Under the pieces are notes generated by a model. That model had not been told where the DNA came from. It made no database searches and saw only the letters and a program-made list of their open reading frames with translations. A stretch of DNA of 64,000 nucleotides from an uncultured Aestuariivirga sp. (GTDB lineage Bacteria; Pseudomonadota; Alphaproteobacteria; Rhizobiales; Aestuariivirgaceae), in the NCBI GenBank assembly GCA_964510815.1, contig CAZECZ010000003.1, positions 3,430 through 67,429 of the forward strand, given 5' to 3'. Position numbers and translations under genes: made by a program. This document shows positions 50,208-60,797 of the stretch, one piece after another (within the stretch, counting starts at the first letter, position 1; the number at the start of each line of letters is the position of its first letter).

Positions 50208-50223
50208 CCACAACATCTTGTGT
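50208..50223. promoter_or_regulatory. NrdR box
   Basis: ccaCAACATCTTGtgt matches acaCwAtATaTwGtgt and lies upstream of nrdJ. Confidence 0.65.
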
Positions 50224-50241
50224 CCACAGCTTGACACGCCC

Positions 50242-50250
50242 TGTGGATAA
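50242..50250 (-). promoter_or_regulatory. DnaA box (perfect TTATCCACA)
   Basis: TGTGGATAA on the + strand; degenerate boxes at 50220-50228 and 50307-50315. Confidence 0.65.
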
Positions 50251-50391
50251 GCTGCAGTCCACCCGATTCTCGGACCAAGCTCAAGTGCTGCTTGGGTTTA
50301 TCATCGCTATGCACAGGCAGGGCGATCGATGGCGGAGCCGTTGGGCGGTTGCAAAGGCGGCGGCGGGGCCGGTGCAGTGCCCATCCGATCG

Positions 50392-50407
50392 GTTAACGAA
50401 AGGTTAA
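50392..50407 (-). promoter_or_regulatory. CtrA-binding site (perfect)
   Basis: Minus strand reads TTAA CCTTTCG TTAAC. Confidence 0.7.
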
Positions 50408-50553
50408 TACGCTCATCCAAACGGCGGAGCGGTGCGGCGAATCTCAACTATAGATGGTGGTTCGCCAGAGAATCGGGCGCCGACTCACCGCCAGATGCGC
50501 GATTGCAAACCGTGGCCCCGCAATTGCCGTGATCGCGATTCAAGAATGGGCCC

Positions 50554-50811
50554 ATGCTGCGACGATGCGTCCTGATCCTCATGTTCATCTACACGCCGGC
50601 CCTCGCCATGAACTGGGAAGGACACGAGGACGGACCGAGTCGTAATCCCTATGACGAAATGTTGCGGATGGCCGTGCCTGAGGCCCAGCCGCTGCCTTCG
50701 CCGGATTGTCCGGTAACGGCCGAGATGGTGAGGGAAAATCCCTACGAGCAGATCCCGCTGCCGCGCCATCGCTGTCCACCAGCGAGTGACAAGCCCGAGA
50801 GCAAGCGTTAA
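50554..50811 (+). CDS. Small hypothetical exported protein
   Basis: Signal-like N-terminus ending ALA; duplicated NPY[DE] motif; Cys pair. Confidence 0.6.
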   Translation: MLRRCVLILMFIYTPALAMNWEGHEDGPSRNPYDEMLRMAVPEAQPLPSPDCPVTAEMVRENPYEQIPLPRHRCPPASDKPESKR

Positions 50812-50910
50812 TCCAAACGTAGTTTCAACGCGTGCAAAATTCCGGCCCACCTCAATCGCTCCAGGACGATTTCCTTCCCATGGACCGGATCCTCTAGGAA
50901 CCACCCCGCC

Positions 50911-52929
50911 GTGATGGATTACATACAGCCCTATCTGGATTACTTCTCCGCCAATCCGGGTTGGGCCATCGCCATTATCTTCCTTATCGCCTTTGGAGAG
51001 GCACTCCTGATCATCGGCCTGTTTGTGCCGTCGACGGCGGTGCTGGTGGGCGCCGGCATCCTGGTGGGAACGGGCCATCTGGGATTCTGGCCCGTCGTCG
51101 TGGCCACCGCCGCAGGCGCCATCGCCGGCGACCAGGTGTCTTACTGGGCTGGCCGCCTGTTCGGCACCAGGCTGAAGACCATGTGGCCGCTCAACCGCTA
51201 TCCCCAGTTGGTGGCGCGCGGCGAAGATTTCGTGCGCGAACATGGGGGCAAGTCGATTGCCATCGGGCGCTTCGTGCCCGGCGTGAAGGCGGTGGTGCCG
51301 GGCATCGTCGGCATGTTCGGCATGAGCCAGATGTTCTTCATCATCGTGAACGTCACATCCGGCATCTTCTGGACCCTTGCCCACATCCTGCCGGGCATCC
51401 TGGTCGGGCAGGGGCTGGCGATCGCCGGCGAACTCTCAGGCCGCCTGGTGGTCGTGCTGCTGGTCCTGCTGGTGATCATCGCGGTGGCAGGCTATGTGAT
51501 CCGCCTCATCGCCACTGGGCTCTCGCCCTATCTCAACCACCTGCTGGAGCGGATTTCGACCTGGGCGAGGGGCAGGCAAGGCCGCGCCTGGCGCCGATTT
51601 GCCCGTGCCATATCGCCCGGCAACCCGCGCTCGGTGCTGATCGTGCTGTTTGCGGCCGTGGTCGTCACCGCCTTCATCGCCAGCCTGGCCTTGCTGGTGC
51701 GCCTGGTCTCCGGCGACGCCGTCAGCAATATCGATCTCTCCGTCTACAATCTCATGAAGGAGATGCGGAACGCCCCGGCCGACGGGATCATGATCGCCCT
51801 CACCATGCTGGGCGATGGCCTCGTCATGACCGTCCTGGCCGTCACCATTGTCCTGTGGCTGGTCTGGCGCAAATCCTACCGCGCTGCCGTGGCCGCAACC
51901 ATCGCCATGGTCGCGGGCAAGCTGTTCGTGCCCATCATGAAATATGGCATCCAGCGGCCCCGCCCCATGGAACTGCCTTACGACGGTGCCGAATTCTTCA
52001 GCTTTCCTTCCGGCCACGCGACCATGGCGGCCGTCATCTTCGGGGTGCTGGCGGTGCTGGTCAGCCACTCGATGGGCCGCTGGGGCAGGGCCGTCGTCTA
52101 TGCCGTCTGCGGCATCATCATCACGGCCATTGCCTATTCCCGCATCTACCTCGGCGCCCATTGGATGTCGGACGTGCTGGCGGGACTGCTCTTCGGCACC
52201 ATCATCGCAGCCGCCTTCGGCGTGGCGATCGAAGCCGTGCCGCCGCGCCGCATCCGCCCGCTGGGTCTGTTCGGCGCCTCCTTCATCATCTTCATCATCG
52301 CCGGCTGGCTGCATGTGCAGTCGGGCTACGCGACGGCCGAGCAGATGTATGCCGCACCGGAAACGGAAGAGCAGGTGACACTGACCAACTGGGTGGACAA
52401 GGAATGGAAGCGTCTGCCACCGCGCCGCATCGATCTGGCGGGCAAACCCGAGGAAGCCTTCATTGTACAATACGGCGGCAGTCTCGATCAGCTCTCCGCC
52501 GCTTTCACCAGCCATGGCTGGACGGCGACACCGCGGTGGACCTGGACCGCCAGCATTCCCTACCTCAATCCTCACGCCACGCTCGATGAGCTGCCGCCGC
52601 GTCCCGCATTGCACGAAGGTCTGATGGCCAAACTCACCTTGATACGGCCAGTTGCCGGGACAGATGGCTTGCGCGAGGTGTTGCGGGTCTACAAGTCTGG
52701 CCTCGCCGCCAGTGACGGAACCCGCCATGCGCAGGTCTATCTCCTGAGCCTGACCCGCGAGACCCGCCGGTCGCGGTTCAATCTCTACGCCCTCCCAACC
52801 CTGGTGGCGGCCGTCCCGGCAGAAATGGACGACGTCCGCACCCGTCTGGAATCCACGGCCGGCCTGACGCAGTTGGCCCGCCGCGACAACCGGGGCACCA
52901 CCGTCGATCTCGTCTTTTCAGGCCCATAG
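50911..52929 (+). CDS. Bifunctional DedA / PAP2 phosphatase family protein with a C-terminal extension
   Basis: DedA motifs GLFVP, GDQVSYWAGR, GRFVP; PAP2 motifs K...RPRP, SFPSGH, SRIYLGAHW.SDV. Confidence 0.92.
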   Translation: MMDYIQPYLDYFSANPGWAIAIIFLIAFGEALLIIGLFVPSTAVLVGAGILVGTGHLGFWPVVVATAAGAIAGDQVSYWAGRLFGTRLKTMWPLNRYPQLVARGEDFVREHGGKSIAIGRFVPGVKAVVPGIVGMFGMSQMFFIIVNVTSGIFWTLAHILPGILVGQGLAIAGELSGRLVVVLLVLLVIIAVAGYVIRLIATGLSPYLNHLLERISTWARGRQGRAWRRFARAISPGNPRSVLIVLFAAVVVTAFIASLALLVRLVSGDAVSNIDLSVYNLMKEMRNAPADGIMIALTMLGDGLVMTVLAVTIVLWLVWRKSYRAAVAATIAMVAGKLFVPIMKYGIQRPRPMELPYDGAEFFSFPSGHATMAAVIFGVLAVLVSHSMGRWGRAVVYAVCGIIITAIAYSRIYLGAHWMSDVLAGLLFGTIIAAAFGVAIEAVPPRRIRPLGLFGASFIIFIIAGWLHVQSGYATAEQMYAAPETEEQVTLTNWVDKEWKRLPPRRIDLAGKPEEAFIVQYGGSLDQLSAAFTSHGWTATPRWTWTASIPYLNPHATLDELPPRPALHEGLMAKLTLIRPVAGTDGLREVLRVYKSGLAASDGTRHAQVYLLSLTRETRRSRFNLYALPTLVAAVPAEMDDVRTRLESTAGLTQLARRDNRGTTVDLVFSGP

Positions 52930-53018
52930 CCGGGCCGCCGGCCAAATCGGCACTGGACGCGCGGCACTCATTCCGCCATATTCCGCCGCGATTTAAGGGT
53001 ATCCGATCGGATCGATTC

Positions 53019-53417
53019 ATGTTGTTTCTGAAGCAGCTTTTCACCTGGTGGAACGGCCAGACGCTCAACACCCGCTTCGCCGTGTGGCGCAAGGGTGAAT
53101 TCGTCGGCACCGACGAGTTCGGCAACCGCTACTATCGCGCCAAGTCGGCGATCCCCGATTCGATCCCGGAACACCGCTGGGTGATCTACAACGGCTATTC
53201 CGAAGCGTCTTCCGTGCCGCCCGGCTGGCACGGCTGGATGCATCACCGGGTCGATACGCCGCCGTCCAAGGACGACGTCAAGCCGCGTGAATGGCAGAAG
53301 CCTCACAAACCCAATCTGACCGGAACGGCTGGCGCCTACCGCCCGGCTGGCAGCTTGCTGAGCCCGTCCGGGCCGGCCAAGCCGCAGCCGGACTATCAGG
53401 CCTGGCAGCCCGAATAG
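53019..53417 (+). CDS. NADH:ubiquinone oxidoreductase subunit NDUFA12 homolog
   Basis: VGTDEFGNRYY, RWVIY, EAS.VPPGWHGWMH, PNLTGT. Confidence 0.92.
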   Translation: MLFLKQLFTWWNGQTLNTRFAVWRKGEFVGTDEFGNRYYRAKSAIPDSIPEHRWVIYNGYSEASSVPPGWHGWMHHRVDTPPSKDDVKPREWQKPHKPNLTGTAGAYRPAGSLLSPSGPAKPQPDYQAWQPE

Positions 53418-53480
53418 GCCCCGCCATATTTTCGCGCAGGTCGGTCCCTAAGCCCTGATCGTGGAAGCGGAGAACCCGGC

Positions 53481-53966
53481 ATGAACAACTCGACAGTGGA
53501 AACCCTGATTGGCACCGCCGTGGTGGCCATCGCCGCGGGCTTTTTCCTATTTGCCTACAATACGTCTGGCCAGGGCAACACCACCAACGGCTATTCGCTG
53601 TCGGCCGAGTTCGACAACGCAGAGGGCATCAACGTCGGCACCGACGTCCGCATGGCGGGCGTCAAGGTCGGCACCGTCACCGGTTTTGCACTCAACGCCG
53701 AAAACTACACGGCCCATGTGACGCTGGCGCTCGACAATGCGCTGAAGCTGACCGACGACGCCACGGCCAAGGTCACCGCCGAAGGCTTGCTCGGTTCCAA
53801 GTTCATTTCGCTGGAGCAGGGAGGCAGCGACACGCTTCTGGCGAGCGGCGATGCTATTTCCAACACCCAGGGCGCCGTCGACATCTGGTCCCTGATCAGC
53901 CAGGCCATGTTCGATCGCGGCGGCACCAAGAGCGGTGATACGCCGCCGGAGACCCAGGACCAGTGA
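53481..53966 (+). CDS. mlaD: Outer membrane lipid asymmetry maintenance protein MlaD (MCE domain)
   Basis: ETLIG, A.F.NAEG...G.DV.MAGVKVG.V, GLLG.KFI.L.QGG. Confidence 0.88.
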   Translation: MNNSTVETLIGTAVVAIAAGFFLFAYNTSGQGNTTNGYSLSAEFDNAEGINVGTDVRMAGVKVGTVTGFALNAENYTAHVTLALDNALKLTDDATAKVTAEGLLGSKFISLEQGGSDTLLASGDAISNTQGAVDIWSLISQAMFDRGGTKSGDTPPETQDQ

Positions 53967-54745
53967 GCGCGCCGGAGATCGCCGCCGGCGAAACCGGCGC
54001 CTCCAGGCAGACCTGGTCCGCCGGCACCTACGACACCCACGCCCGTTTTGTCTCCGACCTCGCGGGCGGTGTGCTGGCCTGGCTCAATCCGCAAGCCGGT
54101 GAATGCATCCTCGATCTCGGTTGCGGCGACGGCGTCCTGACGCGAAAGCTCGCCGAAGCGGGTGCGGAAGCTGTCGGCGTCGATTCCAGCGAGGACTTCG
54201 TCGATGCCGCGGCGTCGCAGGGCCTCGACGTCCGCCTCATGGATGGCGAGGATCTGTCCTTCGACGGCGAGTTCGATGCCGTATTTTCCAATGCGGCACT
54301 CCACTGGATGACGAATCCCGAGCGCGTGATCTCCGGTGTGGCCCGGGCGCTGAGGCCGCACGGGCGGTTCGTGGCTGAATTCGGTGGCCATGGCAATGTG
54401 GCGGCCATTGTCACCGCCATGCGGGCTGTCGGCCAGCGCCGGGGTGGCGACCTGTCCCTCGCCATGCCGTGGTTCTTCCCGGCGCCAGCCATCTATCAGG
54501 CAATGCTGGAGCAAGAGGGCTTCACGGTGCGCCGCATTGGCCTGTTCCCGCGCCCCACACCGCTCAAGACCGGCATGGCAGAGTGGCTGAATCTGTTTCG
54601 CAAGCCTTTCTTTCAACAGTTTGAAAACGAGGCGGAATCAGCGCTGGAAGAGACCGTCGAACTGCTCCGGCCGGCGCTCTGCGATGGGCACGGCAACTGG
54701 ACGGCCGATTATGTGCGGCTCAGGGTCGAGGCCGTGAAGCCTTGA
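53963..54745 (+). CDS. Class I SAM-dependent methyltransferase
   Basis: ILDLGCGDG, FDAVFSNAALHW, ADYVRLR. Confidence 0.9.
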   Translation: MSAPEIAAGETGASRQTWSAGTYDTHARFVSDLAGGVLAWLNPQAGECILDLGCGDGVLTRKLAEAGAEAVGVDSSEDFVDAAASQGLDVRLMDGEDLSFDGEFDAVFSNAALHWMTNPERVISGVARALRPHGRFVAEFGGHGNVAAIVTAMRAVGQRRGGDLSLAMPWFFPAPAIYQAMLEQEGFTVRRIGLFPRPTPLKTGMAEWLNLFRKPFFQQFENEAESALEETVELLRPALCDGHGNWTADYVRLRVEAVKP

Positions 54746-55194
54746 CCCGTTTCCTCCTGTCCACCGCCCTCGTCATGGCGCTTGCAGCACCCGCCGCCGC
54801 CGAACGGATCGCCAACCCGATCGCCGTGTTCAACGGCCTCGACAAGATCACCGGCATCACCACCACCTTCGAAGTGCCCATCGGCGAGGAGCGCCGCTTC
54901 GGCGGCCTGATCGTCAGGCCGGAGGTATGCTATTCGCGCCCGGTCACCGAGACGCCCAAGACCACCACCTTCGTCGAGGTCGACGAAGTGATGTCGGACA
55001 ACAGCCGCCGCAATCTGTTCTCAGGCTGGATGTTCGCAGAAAGCCCGGGGCTGAGCGGCGTCGAGCACGCCATCTACGACGTCTGGCTCACCGGTTGCCG
55101 TGATCCCAATGCGCCGCCGCCGGTGGTTGAAACCACGCCCGACATTGGCGACCAGCAGGACGATACCGGCGACGACGACCCGCCGCAAGACTGA
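54742..55194 (+). CDS. DUF2155 domain protein
   Basis: GLDKITG, FSGWMFAESP, EH.IYDVWL..C. Confidence 0.88.
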   Translation: MTRFLLSTALVMALAAPAAAERIANPIAVFNGLDKITGITTTFEVPIGEERRFGGLIVRPEVCYSRPVTETPKTTTFVEVDEVMSDNSRRNLFSGWMFAESPGLSGVEHAIYDVWLTGCRDPNAPPPVVETTPDIGDQQDDTGDDDPPQD

Positions 55195-55216
55195 GGACAG
55201 TCCGCAAGGATCGCGT

Positions 55217-57727
55217 CTACAGGATGAAGTCCCCCAGGCCGAGCGGGATGATGCCCTTGAGTTGGATGCTCATGTCGGCCTGCAGGGACGTATCCACATT
55301 GGCTTCCACAATCGTATTGCCGCCGAGTTCATAGAAGCGCAATTGGCCGGCGGCCGTGAAGTCCGCCCCGCCAATGAACGAGAACTTGTTGTCGGCGACC
55401 GTCGCGGCGATGGCGTCGATCTTGCGAAGGTCGATCCGGTCGCCGTCCGCCCGGCTGAAGTCGATGATGAAGTCCGTGCCGGCAGTCACCCCGGGATCGG
55501 AATCCGTCGTCGCGGTGTAGGCGAAGATGTCGCTGCCTGCGCCGCCCCGCAGACGGTCGCCGCCATCGCCACCGGTCAGCACATTGCGGCCCCGTGACCC
55601 CACGACACTATCACCGAAGCGCGAGCCGAGGAAATTCTCGAAGCCGTTGAAGGTGTCGCCGTCGGCATGGCCACCTGAGGCCGCTCCACTGGCGAGATTG
55701 ATCCTGACGCCAGCCGTCGACGTCACGTAGCTGAGCGTATCCTTGCCGCCGCCGCCTTCCATGTGGTCGGCACCGCTGCCGCCTTCGATGCTGTCGTTGC
55801 CTTCCAGTCCATAGATGCCGTCGTCGCCGGTGAGAACACCTTGTCCCGCCCTCACGACGTCGGCGAAGTCGGTGAGAATGACCGCTTCCACGCCACTGTA
55901 GTCGTAGATGCCGAGGCCCCCACCGGACGACTCGCCCAAGCCAACGCCATAGATCGAAAGCGTGATGCCGGATGTCGCATGGTCATAGACGACCGTGTCA
56001 TGTCCGCCTTCGCCGTAGCCCCAGTCTCTCGCATCGTCGGCAATCGGATGAAAACTGTCGTCCCCCGCACCGCCGTGCATGAGGTCCGTTGCCGTGCTGT
56101 CAGTGAGGGAATCTCCTCCACTGGTGCCATAGAACTGCTCGTAGGATTCGACGCCGACGATGGTGTCCGTGCCGTAGCTGAACGGCTGTCCCTCGTAATA
56201 GTCGAAAAAGAACTTGTCGACCCGGCCCGCCGACAGATCGGCGACGATATAGTATTCGCCATTGCCATAGTCGTCGATCAGGTCGGCATAGGTGATCTGG
56301 TCGATCCCTTGTCCGCCCTCCAGCCAGTCGTTGCCCAGGCCGCCCACCAGCACGTCGTCGCCCCGGCCGCCAAGCACGACGTCGTCGCCCAGATAGGCGC
56401 TGCCGCCCTGCACGCCCCAGTTCGCGTCGCCATAGAGCCTGTCGTTCCCGTCGCCGCCTTCGACCGTGTCGTTACCGCCGCCGCCCTCGATGCGGTCGTT
56501 GCCGCCATTGCCCTGGAGCAGATTGGCGTCGTTGCCGACGATGATCGTGTCGTTGCCGTTGGTGCCCAGCACGTTCTCCATGCCGTCGAAGGTGTCGGTG
56601 CCGTAATACTCCATGGTCGCCGTGCCGTGCCCGGTCTCATCCATGATGACGGTGACGGAAGACATCGGCCCCACCGTGAAGTCCAGCGTGTCGATGCCGG
56701 TCTCGCCGTGCAGCGTGTCGTCGCCTTCGAGGCCATAGAGCGTGTCGTCGCCGGCGCCGCCGAACAGCGTGTCGTTGCCCAGCTTGCCAAACAGATCGTC
56801 GGAGCCCCCTTCGCCATAGAGTACGTTTGCGCTGTCATTGCCCCAGAGCGTGTCGTTGCCCTGGGTGCCGCGCACGTTCTCGATGCTGGTATATGTGTCG
56901 GCGCCAAGGCTGAGCGGGCCGTTGAATGTGCCGTTGCCGGTGTTGGAAAGCTGGAAATAGAGGCTGGTGGACGAGTCGGCGAAACTGATTTCATCGGTAC
57001 CGTCGCCGCCGTTCAGCGTGTCGTTGCCGGCGCCGCCTGCCAGCGAATCGTCGCCGCTGCCACCATTGAGGGTGTCATTGCCGCCGCGGCCGAACAGGTT
57101 GTCGTTGCCGATGAGGCCGTCAATCCGATTGGCGCTGTCGTTTCCAAACAGCGTGTCGCCGAAGATCGAGTTGGAGCCGCGCAGGTTCTCGATGGAATTG
57201 AAGGTGTCGCCAAAACCGGCGCCGAACCCCAAGGTGGTGCCGGCAAGGTCGGCACCGACGGAAAAGGCGGAACGCTGATAGGAAACGGTGTCGTTGCCGG
57301 CGCCCCCGTTGAAGACATCTGAATAGATCCCGCCGCCCAGCAGGTTGTCGCCCGCATCGCCGTTGAGGACGAGGCCGGTGCGGTTGAAAACCAGGTCGTA
57401 GAGGGTCGATCCGCCGCTGAGCCAGGAGGAAAATTCGATGTTGAGGTGTTCGCCCACCCCGCCCACGGCTTCGAGTTCGGTGGCACCGATGAAGCCCAGG
57501 TCGCTGGACGTCGTATGCGTGATCCACCGGATGGTGCCGTCGACGCCACCAGAGCTGTTGTAGGTGAAGCCGCCGAGGTCGCCGTGGAACACCGTCCACG
57601 ACCCATCGGCATTGGTGACCCTGGCAAGGGTGCCGATCAGGTTGATGGTGATGTCCACCACCCATGGGCCCGCCAGCCAGTCCACATTGCTGCCGCCCGT
57701 CGTGTAGCTGTTGTAAGTAGCCGCCAC
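55217..57727 (-). CDS. RTX / hemolysin-type calcium-binding repeat protein
   Basis: Many GGAGNDTL nonamers, repeated (S/G)(I/F/M)EN(L/V/F).G, serralysin-like C-terminus DFS..DGDRIDL...DFIL. Confidence 0.88.
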   Translation of the reverse strand: MAATYNSYTTGGSNVDWLAGPWVVDITINLIGTLARVTNADGSWTVFHGDLGGFTYNSSGGVDGTIRWITHTTSSDLGFIGATELEAVGGVGEHLNIEFSSWLSGGSTLYDLVFNRTGLVLNGDAGDNLLGGGIYSDVFNGGAGNDTVSYQRSAFSVGADLAGTTLGFGAGFGDTFNSIENLRGSNSIFGDTLFGNDSANRIDGLIGNDNLFGRGGNDTLNGGSGDDSLAGGAGNDTLNGGDGTDEISFADSSTSLYFQLSNTGNGTFNGPLSLGADTYTSIENVRGTQGNDTLWGNDSANVLYGEGGSDDLFGKLGNDTLFGGAGDDTLYGLEGDDTLHGETGIDTLDFTVGPMSSVTVIMDETGHGTATMEYYGTDTFDGMENVLGTNGNDTIIVGNDANLLQGNGGNDRIEGGGGNDTVEGGDGNDRLYGDANWGVQGGSAYLGDDVVLGGRGDDVLVGGLGNDWLEGGQGIDQITYADLIDDYGNGEYYIVADLSAGRVDKFFFDYYEGQPFSYGTDTIVGVESYEQFYGTSGGDSLTDSTATDLMHGGAGDDSFHPIADDARDWGYGEGGHDTVVYDHATSGITLSIYGVGLGESSGGGLGIYDYSGVEAVILTDFADVVRAGQGVLTGDDGIYGLEGNDSIEGGSGADHMEGGGGKDTLSYVTSTAGVRINLASGAASGGHADGDTFNGFENFLGSRFGDSVVGSRGRNVLTGGDGGDRLRGGAGSDIFAYTATTDSDPGVTAGTDFIIDFSRADGDRIDLRKIDAIAATVADNKFSFIGGADFTAAGQLRFYELGGNTIVEANVDTSLQADMSIQLKGIIPLGLGDFIL

Positions 57728-57834
57728 AATAAATTCGCCGCTTTACCAGCGGCGTCCCTGTTTGACCGGCCCCACGACAAAGTTATACCAAATGTATGGG
57801 AAAGCAAGACAGCGGAGCGTTACGAGATGCCGCT

Positions 57835-58491
57835 TCAGCCGAGAGGGCCCGCCAGCGCCAGTTTCAACACCGCCTCCGGGTCGCGGTCGCTGCCAAAGGC
57901 GAAGAAGTCGCCGTCAATGCCAAGCAGCGGCTCCATCACCTTATGATACTCCGTCTTCGGCAGCGAGACCGCCCCCATGCGTTCCAGGTGCGGATTGACG
58001 AACTGGGCATCCAGCAGCTTGAAGCCGCCGGCATTGAGGCGTGCCACCAGATGGACCAGCGCCACCTTGCTGGCGTCGGTCGCGCGCGAAAACATGCTCT
58101 CGCCGAAGAATACCGCACCGATCCGCACCCCATAGAGCCCGCCAACCAGCGTATCGCCGTTCCAGCACTCGACACTGTGGCAGCACCCCATGCGGTGAAG
58201 CTGCGAGTAGAGCGACAGGATGCGGTTGTTGATCCACGTCGAAGGCCGGTCCCGGGTCCGCTCGGCGCAGGCGCGGATCACGCTGTCGAAGTCGCTGTCG
58301 ATGCGCACGTCGAACGATTGCCGCCGCACCCGCTTGCGAAGCGACTGCGAAATCCGCAAGCCGTCCAGCGGAATGACGCCACGTTCTTCCGGTTCCACCC
58401 AGTAAAGTGCATTGTCTTCCGCACTCTCCGCCATAGGAAAGATGCCCGCCGAATAGGCGCGCAACAGGATATGGGGCGTGATCGTGCTCAT
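57835..58491 (-). CDS. aat: Leucyl/phenylalanyl-tRNA--protein transferase
   Basis: [38 protein letters not shown]. Confidence 0.95.
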   Translation of the reverse strand: MSTITPHILLRAYSAGIFPMAESAEDNALYWVEPEERGVIPLDGLRISQSLRKRVRRQSFDVRIDSDFDSVIRACAERTRDRPSTWINNRILSLYSQLHRMGCCHSVECWNGDTLVGGLYGVRIGAVFFGESMFSRATDASKVALVHLVARLNAGGFKLLDAQFVNPHLERMGAVSLPKTEYHKVMEPLLGIDGDFFAFGSDRDPEAVLKLALAGPLG

Positions 58492-59834
58492 CACATCTGG
58501 CGGGCGAGAAACTGCTCCAGCCAGTGGATGTCGTAGTGCCCGTCGATGATGTCGGGTTCCGCAAGCAATTGTTGGAACAGCGGAATGGTGGTTTCGATGC
58601 CCTCGATCACGAACTCGCTGAGCGCCCGCCGAAGCCGCATCATGCATTCGGTGCGCGATTTGCCGGAGACGATCAATTTGCCGATCAGGCTGTCGTAGTA
58701 AGGCGGGATGCGGTAGCCCGCATAAAGCGCCGAGTCGACGCGGCAGCCAAGCCCGCCGGGAAAATGCACCGCGTCCACCCGGCCCGGCGACGGCGCGAAG
58801 GTCGAGGGGTTTTCCGCATTGATGCGGCACTCGATGGCGTGGCCCTGAAAGCTGATGTCATCCTGCGTGTAGGACAAATCGGCACCACTGGCGACGCGGA
58901 TCTGCTCCTGCACCAGGTCGAGACCGGTGATCGCCTCCGTCACCGGATGCTCCACCTGCAGGCGCGTGTTCATTTCGATGAAATAGAACTCGCCGTTCTC
59001 GTAGAGGAACTCGATGGTGCCGACGCCCTCATAGGCGAGCTTCTGCATGGCGGCGGCCACGCGCCCGCCGATTTCCTCGCGCTGGTGCGCATTGAGGGCA
59101 GGGGAGTGCGCTTCCTCCCAGATCTTCTGGTGACGCCGCTGCAACGAGCAATCGCGTTCGCCAAGATGCACCGCGCGGCCCTTGCCGTCGCCCAGCACCT
59201 GGATCTCGATGTGGCGCGGCTTCTCGAGATATTTCTCGATGTAGACGTCGCCATTGCCGAAGGCGGCCTTGGCCTCGCTCTGTGCCGTGTCCATGGCAAG
59301 CTCGAGGTCGGCTTCGCTGCGCGCCACCTTCATGCCGCGTCCGCCGCCGCCAGCCGTTGCCTTGATGATGACGGGATAGCCGATGTCCTTGGCGATCCGC
59401 CTGGCCTCCACCACATCGGACACGCCGCCTTCGGAGCCCGGAACCACTGGAATGCCCAATTCCTTGGCCGTGAGCTTGGCCGTGATCTTGTCGCCCATGA
59501 TGCGGATATGGTCCGCCGTGGGACCGATGAACTTGATGCCGTGCTCGGTCAGAATGTCGGCAAACCTGGCGTTCTCCGACAGGAAGCCGTAGCCCGGATG
59601 CACGGCCTCGGCGCCGGTGATCTCGCAGGCCGACACGATGGCCGGCATGTTCAGATAGCTGTCGCGCGCCGGCGGCGGCCCGATGCACACGCTCTCGTCG
59701 GCCAGGCGCACATGCATGGCCTCGGCATCGGCGGTCGAATGCACGGCCACGGTCTGGATGCCCAACTCGCGGCAGGCACGCAGCACCCGGAGGGCGATTT
59801 CGCCGCGGTTGGCGATGAGGATCTTGTCGAACAT
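58491..59834 (-). CDS. accC: Acetyl-CoA carboxylase biotin carboxylase subunit
   Basis: [38 protein letters not shown]. Confidence 0.97.
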   Translation of the reverse strand: MFDKILIANRGEIALRVLRACRELGIQTVAVHSTADAEAMHVRLADESVCIGPPPARDSYLNMPAIVSACEITGAEAVHPGYGFLSENARFADILTEHGIKFIGPTADHIRIMGDKITAKLTAKELGIPVVPGSEGGVSDVVEARRIAKDIGYPVIIKATAGGGGRGMKVARSEADLELAMDTAQSEAKAAFGNGDVYIEKYLEKPRHIEIQVLGDGKGRAVHLGERDCSLQRRHQKIWEEAHSPALNAHQREEIGGRVAAAMQKLAYEGVGTIEFLYENGEFYFIEMNTRLQVEHPVTEAITGLDLVQEQIRVASGADLSYTQDDISFQGHAIECRINAENPSTFAPSPGRVDAVHFPGGLGCRVDSALYAGYRIPPYYDSLIGKLIVSGKSRTECMMRLRRALSEFVIEGIETTIPLFQQLLAEPDIIDGHYDIHWLEQFLARQM

Positions 59835-59836
59835 GG

Positions 59837-60343
59837 CTATTCGATCACCACCAGCGGTTCACCGAATTCGACCGGCTGACCGTTGTCGACAAAGATGTGG
59901 GTCACCTTGCCGCCACGCGGCGCGTGGATCTGGTTCATGGTCTTCATCGCCTCGATGATGAGCAGGGTCTGGCCTTCCTTGACGGTGGAGCCGATCTCGA
60001 TGAAGGCGGCGGCGCCCGGCGACGACGCCCGGTAGACAGTGCCCACCATTGGCGACTTGACGGTGCCCGGATGATCCCCGCCAGCAGCGGCAGGCTTGTG
60101 GGCCGCGCCGTGATCGGCCGCCGGGGCGGCGTGGGCCGCAGGCTGCGGCGCGGGCGCAACTGCTGGTGCGGCCACCGCAGCCACCGTCGTGACACTCTTT
60201 GAGACGCGGAATTTGGCGTCCTTGCGCTCGATTTCGATCTCCGTCAGTCCGGCACTGTTGAGTATCTCGGCCAGGCTTGCAATCAGCGCGATATCGGGAT
60301 CGCTGGAGGACTTGGCGGTGTTGGGCTTTTTGGTCTGGGGCAT
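59837..60343 (-). CDS. accB: Biotin carboxyl carrier protein
   Basis: SPMVGT, EAMKTMN, Ala/Pro linker. Confidence 0.96.
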   Translation of the reverse strand: MPQTKKPNTAKSSSDPDIALIASLAEILNSAGLTEIEIERKDAKFRVSKSVTTVAAVAAPAVAPAPQPAAHAAPAADHGAAHKPAAAGGDHPGTVKSPMVGTVYRASSPGAAAFIEIGSTVKEGQTLLIIEAMKTMNQIHAPRGGKVTHIFVDNGQPVEFGEPLVVIE

Positions 60344-60347
60344 TCGC

Positions 60348-60797
60348 TCAACCCTTCTTGTGTGATGAGATGATGGTGTGAAGCGCCGAAATGGCAAGTT
60401 CATAACTGTTGACGCCGAAGCCGGCGATGATGCCGTTGACGGCCGGCGCCAGATAGCTGTGATGGCGGAACGCCTCGCGCTTGTGGATATTCGACAGATG
60501 CAGCTCCACGGCCGGCAACTCGGCCGCCTTGAGTGCATCGTGCAGGGCAATCGAGGTATGGGTATAGGCCCCGGCGTTGATGGCAATGCCGCTGGCCCTG
60601 TCGCGTGACTCGTGAATCCAGCCGACGAGTTCCCCCTCGATGTTGGTCTGGCGGAACTCCACACTCATGCCCAGCGCCTTGGCATGGGCATGGCAGCGTC
60701 TCTCCACGTCCTTCAGCGTGTCGGCGCCATAGACCGCAGGCTCGCGCAGGCCCAGCATGTTGAGATTGGGGCCGTTCAGGACATAGATCGGCTTCAT
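60348..60797 (-). CDS. aroQ: Type II 3-dehydroquinate dehydratase
   Basis: [28 protein letters not shown]...RE.FR. Confidence 0.97.
   Translation of the reverse strand: MKPIYVLNGPNLNMLGLREPAVYGADTLKDVERRCHAHAKALGMSVEFRQTNIEGELVGWIHESRDRASGIAINAGAYTHTSIALHDALKAAELPAVELHLSNIHKREAFRHHSYLAPAVNGIIAGFGVNSYELAISALHTIISSHKKG

Noticed and set aside
49955..50550. Cobalamin riboswitch or replication origin upstream of nrdJ
   Set aside because: No B12-box motifs were seen. There is only one perfect DnaA box and none of the usual oriC-flanking genes, so promoter regulation is the simpler reading.
17180..53417. Homologs of mitochondrial factors (NDUFAF3, NDUFAF6, ATP12, NDUFA12) as a novel cluster
   Set aside because: They are well-known alphaproteobacterial core genes in their usual neighbourhoods and are not clustered together.
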